A stretch of 51,909 nt of DNA, filler included, from Barthelona sp. PAP020 (taxonomy: Eukaryota): NCBI GenBank assembly GCA_040182905.1. It is 2 parts of 2 records of this genome, joined end to end, with 100 filler letters (N's around TTAATTAATTAA, not from the genome) between each part and the next. Parts side by side here need not be neighbours in the genome. Positions count along the whole stretch, not along the records: positions 26,035 to 51,909 come from JARQWU010000142.1; 1 more part is not named here. One strand, written 5' to 3'. The notes beneath the pieces were generated by a model. That model saw only the letters and a list, made by a program, of their open reading frames with translations, made no database searches and was not told the DNA's origin. The first letter of the stretch is position 1; every line of letters begins with the position of its first letter. Position numbers and translations under genes: made by a program. This document shows positions 40,382 through 51,007 of this stretch, piece after piece.

Positions 40382-41596
40382 ATGCCAAATCAGACACAGC
40401 AAGAACTAATTAGAAAGCTGTTTGAAGAATGGTTTCTTTTTACAATTGATGAAACGAAAAAAGAATCAATTGACGATATACTTCAGTCCTGGAAGTTTGG
40501 TTACATGTTTGGCTGTGACTATTCTCCAGATAATGAAAAATTTGCCATTTGCGCCTCTCAAAAGGTATTTATTTTTGATTCAAAAACGAGAATTTTGATT
40601 CATACTTTGAGAGATCATTCTCTTTATGTTTATGGAGTTTCTTTTTCCAGAGATGGAAGATTTTTGGCTTCATTTTCACGGGACAAATCAGTTAACATAT
40701 ATGACACGGAAGATTTCTCCCTGATACAGAAGATCGAAAATGAAACATATGTGTTTGGAATTTGTTTTTCTCATTGCTCTAAATATTTATATTTTGGTGA
40801 CAATAATGGTTTTATGAGGCAGTGGGATTTGGAAAGCAAAATTTTTGTTAAAGAGGTAAAAGTTACATCTCGAGGCATTATTTCTTTAGAAATTTCCTCA
40901 AACGATCAGTTCATTGTTTTTGGTTGTGATAATAACTCTTCAATAATGATTCATGCTTCAGATTTTTCTATTGTCCATACCTTTTCAATCAAAGGGTTCA
41001 CTAAATGTATTGCATTTCATCCTGACAATGAAATTTTTGCCACAGGTGGTCTTGAAAACAAATTGCACGTGTGGAATATTGAAGATGGTTCATCTCTTCA
41101 CACCATAGAAATGGAAGCCGCTATATATGGCCTTCATTTCTTAACCTCAACGGAACTGCTTGTTATGACTGGTGATGGGTACATTACAATATTTAATTAT
41201 GTTAATTTTGAACATATTCAAAAGGTATATTGCGGTTGTGAGAAAAATTGCTTTTCTTGTGCTATAGCACCTAACAAATCACAATTAGTGTGTGGAAGAT
41301 GTGATAAAACTAAAATCAAAACTTATTCAATCTCTTGTTCATATGACTCTTCATATCTGGAAAAGCTTGTTGAGCTGTCAAAAGATAATGGTTTTGTTAT
41401 CACTTACGGTTCCTCTTTGGGTTGGAACACTTCGATAATTAGAGAATTGGTGAGTGCTGGAATACATTTAAATGAACAAGATTTTGCATTGGTGTTTAAT
41501 ACATGCAAGGATTTAGTCAACACAAACAGGAACAATGGAGGCAATTTTCATGAATTTATCAGTGCAACTGTTGAAAACAACAAAGACTTGATTTGA
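40382..41596 (+). CDS. WD40-repeat protein, intact member of the expanded family
   Basis: Uninterrupted ORF with about seven WD repeats plus the family C-terminal domain (LVELSKDNG..IIRELVSAGI..TCKDLV..NGGNF). Confidence 0.9.
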   Translation: MPNQTQQELIRKLFEEWFLFTIDETKKESIDDILQSWKFGYMFGCDYSPDNEKFAICASQKVFIFDSKTRILIHTLRDHSLYVYGVSFSRDGRFLASFSRDKSVNIYDTEDFSLIQKIENETYVFGICFSHCSKYLYFGDNNGFMRQWDLESKIFVKEVKVTSRGIISLEISSNDQFIVFGCDNNSSIMIHASDFSIVHTFSIKGFTKCIAFHPDNEIFATGGLENKLHVWNIEDGSSLHTIEMEAAIYGLHFLTSTELLVMTGDGYITIFNYVNFEHIQKVYCGCEKNCFSCAIAPNKSQLVCGRCDKTKIKTYSISCSYDSSYLEKLVELSKDNGFVITYGSSLGWNTSIIRELVSAGIHLNEQDFALVFNTCKDLVNTNRNNGGNFHEFISATVENNKDLI

Positions 41597-41989
41597 GAGT
41601 GCAGATTCTTCTTTGCCCATTTTTGGTTTCTTAATATTTCAAAATAGTTATCTGAGATAATTTGCTGTTTATTATTGTTTCTGGTATTTTAAATGGTTGT
41701 TTCAAATGGATTGTAAATAGTTGCATTGTTATTTTTCTATTTTGCCACTCTTCTTTTAAAATCTCCAAAATTTTGACACATCACATAATCAGTGTAAAAT
41801 CTCAAATGAGTACAATATACCTCTTTAATTGTTTGGAAAAATGATTAACATTGATTTTTCGAAAGTTTCCTTTTGAAAAAGTATCCCCAAACCATTCATG
41901 CCATCTTTCTATCATCCGATCATTCTTTATAAAAGCTTTAGTGATCAAAACAAAAAAAAAAATTTATAAAATGATACATAAAGTCTCTG

Positions 41990-44900
41990 TTATTTGTTGT
42001 TTGAAGTTATTGCAGATGTGGCTGAAGGGTTGATGATTTGATCAATGAAATTCCTATCAAACTTCAACTTTTCTTTGATTCTCTTTTCTGAATTAATTTT
42101 TAAAGAATCACAACATAAATGCAAGGGAGTATTCTTTGGAATGAACAAAATAAAGTCTTCAACACTCATTTTCCTTGCATAATAAGTCAAAATATGCGAT
42201 AAAATATCTGTATTTTCAAAGAAAGTTTTTGTTAAAAATGTGGCAACATCTAATTCCAAAGGCGCATTATCAATGAAAAAATATAAATCTTTAAGTGTAA
42301 AATCAAGTAAATGTGGGTTCAAAATTTGATCTTTGAGCCAATTAATTGTGCTTTCAAAATAAGACTCATGTTTCAATCCAATCAAGGCAATAAAACAAAA
42401 CAAATGCTTTTTTCTTAAGATATCAACATTTTCATCGTCCAATAATGAATAAGCTAATCCCTGATTCACATTCAAAATAGTATCGAGAGTCTTTTTGCTG
42501 AAAAACAAACCAAAAATTTCAATAATCTTGTTCAGTTTCATTTTATCGATGTTGAGCCCAGTAAAGTAATGTAAAGTTACTAAAAACATCTTTTTAAGGA
42601 TTCTATCAATAATATCATCCACAAAAAAAGATTTTTTCTCATCTTTGAAAAAATCAAACTCGTTTTCATCATTTGCTAATAAACGATGCTTATCTTTAGT
42701 TTCTATTGGATAAGCCAAACAAGATAAGTATAAATGTATCAAATTAACAACGAAAAAATGACGATTTGTCATTAGAAATTTTTCAATGCATATACGATCA
42801 GAAATGGTTAAATGAGTCAAAGGAATTTTCCATCCCAACAGATGCAACCCTTGTTTAATTGTAATTATTTTCTCATTCAACAATCTATCAACGATATTTA
42901 CAACCAAGGAAGGACTTTCATTTCTTAAGAAGGTTAGCAAAGTAATAGGGGTTTTTTCCGAATCTACCTCATCATTCATATGATTCATGTTAGTGTTTAC
43001 ACAAGCCAAATCCATTTGCAATAAATTTACATGGTTTTCCAGAATATATTCCAATAGAAAAGCCTTATCTAATTGTTCAAAAAAATACATTGTCGTCTTT
43101 AAGGAACTGTTCGTCTCAATGCTTAATAAAAGGCCTGCCAAACGATCAACCTGTTCTAATTCAACAATTTCACCAAAGCATTGCTCGTTTTTATTAGTAT
43201 TGTTAATGGACATCAAGCTAAAATGAAAACCATCTTTGTTATTGTAAATAATTCTTTGTTTTATGCTTTGTTTCAGCCATAAAATCATCTCTGATGGTTT
43301 ATATTGTTGAAATTGACTATATAGTATAAATTTACCCAATAAAAAAAGGTATTTAGATTTTAACAATGTGATTATAGCATTAGAAGTGGATTGTAACTCA
43401 AAATATATTGAATCGATAGTTGAGGGATTAAAACTAGCCGAATAATAATATCTCAAACGAACATTTTGAAATATGGGATTATTTGTATATTCAAACACTT
43501 CTTCAGCAGTTAAATCACTTAAAGCTAAACAATTAGCAGTGATCTCAGTCAAATATAATTCTCTTTCTTGATTAAGATTTGAAGGCGTTAAATGTCCAGT
43601 ATTTGTCATAAAATCACTCAACTTCTTCAATAAAATTACACCTAACAAACCAAATACAAATTTAATCAACCTTTCTAAAGCAGTAATACATATCTGTTGA
43701 CTAACCTGATATAATTTAATCGTATGTGTATGGATATGAGAGTTTTTAGTGTTTGATGAACATAATAAATCTGCTTCTTTTTTTAACTGTTGCCCAGAAA
43801 ATCGAGGCTTCCCAGCAACAGGTTTTGGGTAGTATAATGAACCATCTTCATTAACATTATCGATCCTACCCAAAGACTTGATCAAAAAATGTACTAATTC
43901 GATCAAACGAAATAGATGTGCTGGATTGGAAAACATTTCAAACAATGCAACACTTGAATCAGTGGCATTATGTCCATTATTAATCACATCTCTTGTGCTG
44001 ACTCTTTCTCTTCTGTTTTTGTTTTTTGAAGTTTTTTCAAATGCAAATGAAGGTTGTAAACTCTCTAACCATTCATCTGCTAAGACTAAATCCTCATATA
44101 GTAAGCCTAAATGAACATCTTTATGTCCTTCAACACAAGAGAACAACAAACATAAGCCTTCCAAAAAAACTATCTCCTTCACTGACATAATGAAATATCG
44201 TGAAAGAAGGTAATGAGACAACACAGATTTATTATCATTAAAAAATGATTTTTCAATTGTCTGTAACTCCTCAGGTTTCAATAAATCATTCACAAATGAA
44301 CTAAAAATAAAATATACTTCAATAAACTGTTCAAATGCCAAAACGCATAAAGTAGATGAACATTTCATTTCTACAATGGGAAATGATGTTACTTTTCTTT
44401 GCAACAATTGAGGTTTATTCTTCATTTTGATAAAATAACTCTCTTGCTGTCTATCAAATGCAATAATTATCAAACATCGAGCTTTTTTAACATCTACACT
44501 GATGTTAGGTGGTTCTACTAAAGTAACAACTACATTTTTTGGAGGTGTATCGATGGTAATGTCAAAAAAATGATCTTTTCCTGAACAAACATGTTTAAAG
44601 ACCAAGTATAATTCATACTTGACACTTTTATCAATTTCCTCTTCAAACAACACAGAATTACACGGATGAGCATAATATTTTTCTGTTACTTCAGGATAAA
44701 AAAGGGAAACCAAATTTAAATCAATCGCAAAAGAATTCTGATTCTCTATCTCTATCTTGTCAAATAAAGAGCTTTCAACATTTGTTATAATTGTCTGATG
44801 GAGTTGGAATGCCATTAAACAATGGGTAAATGACAAAGCTATGAAACGATTCATGTATTTAACTTCAATTAGATCTTCAATAGGCATACCAAATAGACTA

Positions 44901-45508
44901 AATTTCGTAATCAATTTGAATGCACTCCCAAAATCGTTCCCAAACTCATACAAAGAAAAGGTGTCTTCACTAACAACTAATAATTCTTGTGAAAACTCAC
45001 AAAAACATGATTTGATTACATAAGGAAATAATTTCAGCAAAACAAACTTTGGTGAAACAATTGATTTGTCTCTTATCTCAAAAACACTTGTTTTCACTTC
45101 TATATCTTCTTCATCCCCTTTAATATAGTAATCTTCGTCATCTGAATAAATTTGGAAATCATTGATGACATCAGAATCATCATTCGAAAATTTTATCCGC
45201 CAATCGTAATAAGCAATCAAATGATAATCTCCATTTTTATCAATTTCTAAAGTAATAATGGAATCCAGGTTCTTGGAAAAAAATAAAGATTTTATTTTGA
45301 GAAATTGACTTTGAAACCAAAAAACAGGTACTTTTAAATCATTATGGTCAAAAATATGTATCATTCCATTATCAAACCCACATATTACACAATTTGGTCC
45401 ATTACACGCATGAATTAAATTGTCAGTGTGATTTAATGGCAAGCAGCTTTGAAAAATTGTTAAATTTTGTGATGACTGAAATGAATCAAACTGATTATTA
45501 ACAAACAT
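41990..45508 (-). CDS. HPS3: HPS3-like (BLOC-2 subunit)
   Basis: N-terminal FQS..KIKSLFFSKNLDSIITLE..LIAYYDWR and C-terminal LTYYARKMSVEDFILFIP parallel HPS3 motifs as recalled (YSEAGDYLVAIEE..LRAYVNWR; L..LA..LSPEEFL.LLP); propeller plus solenoid size. Confidence 0.7.
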   Translation of the reverse strand: MFVNNQFDSFQSSQNLTIFQSCLPLNHTDNLIHACNGPNCVICGFDNGMIHIFDHNDLKVPVFWFQSQFLKIKSLFFSKNLDSIITLEIDKNGDYHLIAYYDWRIKFSNDDSDVINDFQIYSDDEDYYIKGDEEDIEVKTSVFEIRDKSIVSPKFVLLKLFPYVIKSCFCEFSQELLVVSEDTFSLYEFGNDFGSAFKLITKFSLFGMPIEDLIEVKYMNRFIALSFTHCLMAFQLHQTIITNVESSLFDKIEIENQNSFAIDLNLVSLFYPEVTEKYYAHPCNSVLFEEEIDKSVKYELYLVFKHVCSGKDHFFDITIDTPPKNVVVTLVEPPNISVDVKKARCLIIIAFDRQQESYFIKMKNKPQLLQRKVTSFPIVEMKCSSTLCVLAFEQFIEVYFIFSSFVNDLLKPEELQTIEKSFFNDNKSVLSHYLLSRYFIMSVKEIVFLEGLCLLFSCVEGHKDVHLGLLYEDLVLADEWLESLQPSFAFEKTSKNKNRRERVSTRDVINNGHNATDSSVALFEMFSNPAHLFRLIELVHFLIKSLGRIDNVNEDGSLYYPKPVAGKPRFSGQQLKKEADLLCSSNTKNSHIHTHTIKLYQVSQQICITALERLIKFVFGLLGVILLKKLSDFMTNTGHLTPSNLNQERELYLTEITANCLALSDLTAEEVFEYTNNPIFQNVRLRYYYSASFNPSTIDSIYFELQSTSNAIITLLKSKYLFLLGKFILYSQFQQYKPSEMILWLKQSIKQRIIYNNKDGFHFSLMSINNTNKNEQCFGEIVELEQVDRLAGLLLSIETNSSLKTTMYFFEQLDKAFLLEYILENHVNLLQMDLACVNTNMNHMNDEVDSEKTPITLLTFLRNESPSLVVNIVDRLLNEKIITIKQGLHLLGWKIPLTHLTISDRICIEKFLMTNRHFFVVNLIHLYLSCLAYPIETKDKHRLLANDENEFDFFKDEKKSFFVDDIIDRILKKMFLVTLHYFTGLNIDKMKLNKIIEIFGLFFSKKTLDTILNVNQGLAYSLLDDENVDILRKKHLFCFIALIGLKHESYFESTINWLKDQILNPHLLDFTLKDLYFFIDNAPLELDVATFLTKTFFENTDILSHILTYYARKMSVEDFILFIPKNTPLHLCCDSLKINSEKRIKEKLKFDRNFIDQIINPSATSAITSNNK

Positions 45509-45791
45509 AACATTCGACAGCACCAAAAATAATAAAAATTATGATAAAAATTTGTTTACCACTTAATTAATATATAAAGACCATTTTTATGGTTACATAG
45601 CAAAATTAATTTGCATATTATCATTCCTTTTGAAAATATCTTTCACAAATGCAAAAATCATCTTTTAGACATTTATTGTTCATTTTTCCACTTTCTATTG
45701 AAATAATTAAATGAAAAAAATTGACTTATACATTTGAAAGAGTACATAACTCCAAAAAAGAAAAAAAAAACTAAATTCTTTAAATTCTATT

Positions 45792-46337
45792 TTATTGAGA
45801 CACTTTGAGTTTTGATAAAATTCTAAAATCAGGGTTAGAAGAATCTTTAATCAATAAAAATAATAAGGATTGGAAAGAAACTACGTTAATATTGCGATGC
45901 AACATCAATTGAACAGCTTGATTCTTGTCAAATTCATTGATAGAATCAATCCCTTCTAAAGGAATCCAAATTTTTTTGGAGTCATTGTAAAACAAACATG
46001 TTTGTAAAATACAAATATGTGCTTCCAAACCAATCAAAATAATATCAGTTATCTTATTGGTTAAACACCATTCTTTCGAACAATTACCCAAAGAAAATTC
46101 GGTTTTGGAAACAATTGTGGTTTTATCATACCCTTCAACTGCCTCCATGATTTCAGTTATGGTTGAACCAAATTTTGAGGGAACCTGTTCACTAATTAAA
46201 ATAGGTAAATTGAAGATTTTGGCAATTTGAATCAAATTTAATGCGGTTTGTTTCATTTGATTAAAACCTGAAAAATGTTTTTCAAATCGTTCTTGCAAAT
46301 CGCAAATAATAATACCTGTTGATTCGTACTCTAACAT
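45792..46337 (-). CDS. Isochorismatase-domain protein (ISOC1/2, YcaC-like)
   Basis: ICDLQERF, SEQVPSKFGSTI, KTEFS, GLEAHICILQT, FLLIKDS. Confidence 0.92.
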   Translation of the reverse strand: MLEYESTGIIICDLQERFEKHFSGFNQMKQTALNLIQIAKIFNLPILISEQVPSKFGSTITEIMEAVEGYDKTTIVSKTEFSLGNCSKEWCLTNKITDIILIGLEAHICILQTCLFYNDSKKIWIPLEGIDSINEFDKNQAVQLMLHRNINVVSFQSLLFLLIKDSSNPDFRILSKLKVSQ

Positions 46338-46406
46338 ATTTCAAAAAAAAACTCTTAACAACAATAATAAAACTTGGAAGAAAATTACTTCAGTTTTTTC
46401 TTCAAT

Positions 46407-48503
46407 ATGACGCATGAAAAATGCTGTCGTTGTGCCAAATTCCGATTACCTGCACCTGTTTATGCAATTAATGAAGGGTTACTATGTAATGAATGTGTTA
46501 GAGAGGACAATAATGTAATGTACACCTCAAAGATAGGTACAAGACATAATGAAATATTATATAGTAAAGAACTCAATGAATTTATATGTTTAAAAAGTAA
46601 GAAGACAATTAATATGTATTGTAAGAATTGTAATCAATTCATTTGTTTTGATTGTGCAAAAGAGTTTCATGTAAATCATCAAATTATTGGTATACATGAA
46701 CTTTCTGAGCAAATAAATACTGCTTTCCAATCTTCTTTTTCAGGGAAAGATGGTTATTTTGCTGATAGTCTAAAAAACATTGATACGTATAAGACAATGA
46801 TGAATGATTCCTTTGATAAATTTCAAAAAGCAATGGATAATGTGGCAAATGCATTTTTAGCAAAGAAGACCACAAATACCATGCATTTAACAGCAATAAG
46901 GTCACAATTTGCTGAAATGCACAGCAACATAAGAAATTTTAAAGATGATTTTGATAAGAATATTTCTAACAATTCTTTGATTGGTCTATTGAAAAGTAAC
47001 GACATTCAAGACAAGTATTTTAATTCTATAGATGATTTTTCTGTTAATTTTGAACCAGTTCACATTGAACAAAGCCTTCCTAAACTTGAAATTGAACAAA
47101 TTAAGCTTGATTTGACATTTGATAAAAGAAATACTCAACCTGTCTTACCTATTCAAAAAATTAAACCATCAGACAGATTAAAGGTTCAAGAGACTCAAGA
47201 GAGTCAAAAATATACAATTGATAAGCCTTTGACAGTTTCAGATGTGAATAATAGTAGAACTAATGAGTTTTCTGGGAGTCTTTCAGACATTGTTGAGGTT
47301 TTTAATGCCCAATCTTATCTCAAAGATAGTGAAACTCTTAAGAACGCCAGTCTTTCAAATACCATCTTCAATGACACACTTTCCATTATTGATGCTGATG
47401 TTAAGAAGTTGAGATCATTCATACGAGAAAAAAACAGTTCGGAAGTGTACAAATTGATCTTTGGCTTTACCGACATGCTTGGACAAGGTGGTGAAAAAGC
47501 ATTTAATTGTAAAAATGAGTTGGTAATGAACAACACCATTCCGTTGCTGCTAATTATTTTGGAACAATTTGAGCAAAGTAGTGTTGTTTTGATTACATTG
47601 AGATTGTGTCAATATTTAGCACAAGAGAGTGTCGAAGTTGTGGAAATTTTTTGCAAAATTGAGTCAATTCATATTATTTTGAGAATTTTGAACTTCTTCA
47701 AGGGTACAAACGATCATCCATTGATAACTGTGAATATATGTTCGCTGATCGCGCATATCAGTTCAAAAAAACCTGATTGCAGAGATACATTAATGAAATG
47801 TAAAGTTTTTGAGAATCTTATGGACTATGTGGAGATGTATGATCATGGTCCCTTGCCCGTTTTGGAAAGTTTGTTGGCATCCATTTGGAATAGTCTTGGA
47901 AAATTGGATTATCTCGAGGAAAGACACATTTTGGTTTTGTTGAATTTGTTAGAAAAATATTCGATTGAAGGGAACAGCAATATTATGAGACGTTTATTGG
48001 GCATTTTTATTGAATTGATTGGATATCGCAAGACGAGGTATGTTATTCTTCAAGTTCATGGATTTGTACAATTTTTAAACATCTTTGATCATTTTAGTGA
48101 TGATGAACATATCAAAATTCAAACGTTGGAATTAATTTACAAAGTTTTACAGGCAAATCAAAGAAGCATTGAACAATTCTTTATTGATAATGGACTTTTG
48201 ATTGTTCTGAATAATTTATTGAATGAACAAGAAAGATATACAAGTAAACAACTATTTTTGAACATTTTGAACATTTTGATTGTTTTGAAGGTTGAAAGAG
48301 AGATTCAACATTTGATACAATATAATGGAGACAATCTTATCTGTATTGCTTGTCGTTTGTATGATAGTAATTATAAAGATTTCAAACTATTGTTTGGGCA
48401 ATTGTGGTACATTATTCCTGAAGAAAACAAAAAAGTCTTTGAAGAATTCCTAAATTTAAAAAAAAGTCAAAAAAAACAGAGTCAAAAAAAATCCAGAATT
48501 TGA
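46407..48503 (+). CDS. B-box zinc finger + coiled coil + armadillo/HEAT-like repeat protein
   Basis: CCRC..LCNEC, MYCKNCNQFICFDCAKEFHVNH; helical repeats in the C-half (IPLLLIILEQF, LLASIWN). Confidence 0.75.
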   Translation: MTHEKCCRCAKFRLPAPVYAINEGLLCNECVREDNNVMYTSKIGTRHNEILYSKELNEFICLKSKKTINMYCKNCNQFICFDCAKEFHVNHQIIGIHELSEQINTAFQSSFSGKDGYFADSLKNIDTYKTMMNDSFDKFQKAMDNVANAFLAKKTTNTMHLTAIRSQFAEMHSNIRNFKDDFDKNISNNSLIGLLKSNDIQDKYFNSIDDFSVNFEPVHIEQSLPKLEIEQIKLDLTFDKRNTQPVLPIQKIKPSDRLKVQETQESQKYTIDKPLTVSDVNNSRTNEFSGSLSDIVEVFNAQSYLKDSETLKNASLSNTIFNDTLSIIDADVKKLRSFIREKNSSEVYKLIFGFTDMLGQGGEKAFNCKNELVMNNTIPLLLIILEQFEQSSVVLITLRLCQYLAQESVEVVEIFCKIESIHIILRILNFFKGTNDHPLITVNICSLIAHISSKKPDCRDTLMKCKVFENLMDYVEMYDHGPLPVLESLLASIWNSLGKLDYLEERHILVLLNLLEKYSIEGNSNIMRRLLGIFIELIGYRKTRYVILQVHGFVQFLNIFDHFSDDEHIKIQTLELIYKVLQANQRSIEQFFIDNGLLIVLNNLLNEQERYTSKQLFLNILNILIVLKVEREIQHLIQYNGDNLICIACRLYDSNYKDFKLLFGQLWYIIPEENKKVFEEFLNLKKSQKKQSQKKSRI

Positions 48504-48599
48504 TCACAATTGTAAAGTAATATTTTTTCATTTTTATTTGTCACAAAACATTGTGAAGGGAAGTTTTTGAGCTGCTTTTGCAGTAGTAGACAAACTCAA

Positions 48600-48730
48600 T
48601 TATTTCCAAGACAAGAAGCACCATGTGTATACGTAAATAAGAAAGAACTATGTTAATTTGGCTAAATCTTTTGAAGGTTTGATTGATCTGTTAAAACTTT
48701 CAATTTTTCAGAAGTGAAAGTTAAAACTTT
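48600..48730 (+). mobile_element. Degenerate orphan ITR of the DIRS-like family
   Basis: TTATTTCCAAGACAAGAAGCAC...AAAGAACTATGTTAATTTGG...GATTGATC aligns with 17878-17957 and 50113-50230. Confidence 0.75.
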
Positions 48731-50112
48731 TTTGTTTTTGCATTTGCATAATACAAAAAAAAAGGAATGAGCAATTTTGTCTCAAATTTTAACACTTAAT
48801 CGTCGGGACTGAATTTCAGCAACTCATTTGTTTTGCTGAAACATATTTGAATAAGTTCACTGAATTTTCTTTCTCTTTAAATAAGCACAGACAAAATATC
48901 CATTTTTGCTCATCAAGATTTAACTTCTGTCACACATTCATTTTGATCGAAATAACAAAAATGAGTGTTCTTAAGTCTTTATTACACATAAACAAGTCTT
49001 TTCACAGCCATAACAATTTCAAGCCACTTTAAACTTTTGATATTGTTGCAATTCAGACAAAAGCATTATTGTAAAATGGTGTTGCCTTCATTTATTTCAA
49101 CAGGAGATTGGCAAACATTTTCAACTTTGGAGAATGATTTAAAAGCAAACAAAATTACAAACAATTATCATCTTCCAACATCAACAAAGTGTTACTTCAA
49201 ACAATTTCCAACACAATTGAGCGAACAAATTCGAATGAGTTTTTCTTGTAATAATAAAACACGAACTTTACAACTCTATGGTTTGGGAGAAAAGAATCAA
49301 CCCATGAAAGAAAACAACTAGATGTAAGGGAACCTCCACAGCTCCAAAACATTTCACTTACATCGAGTCCTAACCGATAACCAAGAGTTGTGCGTAAAGT
49401 TGGAGGAAAAGCTTGCATATATTATTCCCATCCTAAGGTACTAAGGCTACCAACCGACTTTCCACGAAGATTCAATTCTTTCTACCCTTCAGCTAACCCT
49501 CCTTTGGCTATAGCTTCTCTCTAAAGGGGAAGTTGGTTGTTACTGAGACTTATTGATGTGCTGACTTTGGTCAATTCCTTTGTCCTTATCATCGATCAAT
49601 ATCATTTGGAGAGGTAATTCACAAAAGCATCATTAGTTGGTTATGTGGTCCCCAGGATCGGTCATTTCATTTACAGATCTTCAATAATCCAATATCAGTG
49701 GGACTGCTCTGATCAACCGTAGATTCAGAAGCAAGATCAAAGAATGCGATACATCTGCGCCGAAACTCAACAAGGTAAGCATCCAATCGCGTTGTATTTA
49801 ACGCATACACCAAAATAATTGGATGTGAAGCCTTATTTTAAAAGAGAACGGCAGTTACCCAGAAATTTGACTGTCTAGCTTCTTATTCAGCGAACGACGG
49901 GGAGCACCGATGTCTCAGCACCACTTTCTTAGGGTACTGCAAGAGTATGGCTGCGTGGCTTCAGAATAAAGAAGTTCAGATTTAAAATTTTTCCCTAAAT
50001 TAGACTTGACCACCAATCGGAATCAACCAACGGTTAATTCCTCTAGGAGTCGAAAAGTTGGTTTTCTGCAAGAAAAAACCTCCTCGCTTCATAAGTTGTA
50101 TTTTTTCTGAGT

Positions 50113-50230
50113 TTATTTCCAAGCCAAGAAGCACTGTGCGTATGGTGAATAGAAAAGAATAGTGTTTATTTGGTCAAAAGCTTTCGAAGCCTGATTGAAC
50201 ATTCAATTCTCCAAAAGATAAAATTAAAAC
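50113..50230 (+). mobile_element. Orphan ITR of the DIRS-like family (close copy)
   Basis: First 32 nt identical to 17878-17909; one deletion and four substitutions over the 80 nt matching 17878-17957. Confidence 0.9.
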
Positions 50231-51007
50231 TGGATAAATTTTACTTTTGTCAAATCTAAAAAGGAAACAAGGACAAGAAGCTCTTTCTTAATGAAGCAAC
50301 CTAGACGATACAACAGAATTTCAGTTTGGATCTCACACCATGAATTTTGACGGAAATTCACTAAAATGACTTTTTGGTTTGCTTTCTCTGTATTAGTTTG
50401 TATCACCACTACGTTAAAGTTTCATGCCACTTTTATCTTTTCCTAATATTACGATACCGATCATTGGAGTCCAACCCAACAAGAACAAAAAACAATTACA
50501 AATGATTTTGCCTTAATTTATTTAAATTGAAGGTTATCACACTACCAACATAAGAGGCTCATTGAAGAAGTGAAAAATGTTTCTTCAATGGAAGAGAGAA
50601 AATTGGTGAATACATATCGCACAGTTACAAGTTTAATTTGTGAATTTTGTGGGTACAAATATGTCAATACCATCATTACATCAATAAATCTGTAAAAATA
50701 AATTGGAACAATGTCTTTTGAAAAAGATATTCGAACAAACATAATTATGACAATCTTTCATAATTGTGCGACATTTTCACAATGTTTAAATCAATATTTT
50801 AAGTTCAATTGGCTGCATCAATTCGAAAAAGGAAATCTCAAGAAACAATTAAATTATATTGTGAAGAGTTCTACACAAAACAGACAATTAATCATCGAAT
50901 TTCATTTTGCCAACAACTAAATTAAAATAATGCCTGATTTGAGGGATAAATGTTGAATATCCAAAGAGAAATGATAAATTTGAGGTTCTTAATTTCTTTT
51001 GTCGACA

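Noticed and set aside
1309..45508. Apparent cluster of trafficking genes (VPS26, Snf7, TRAPPC4, HPS3)
   Set aside because: Scattered among unrelated genes and split across an artificial join; consistent with chance
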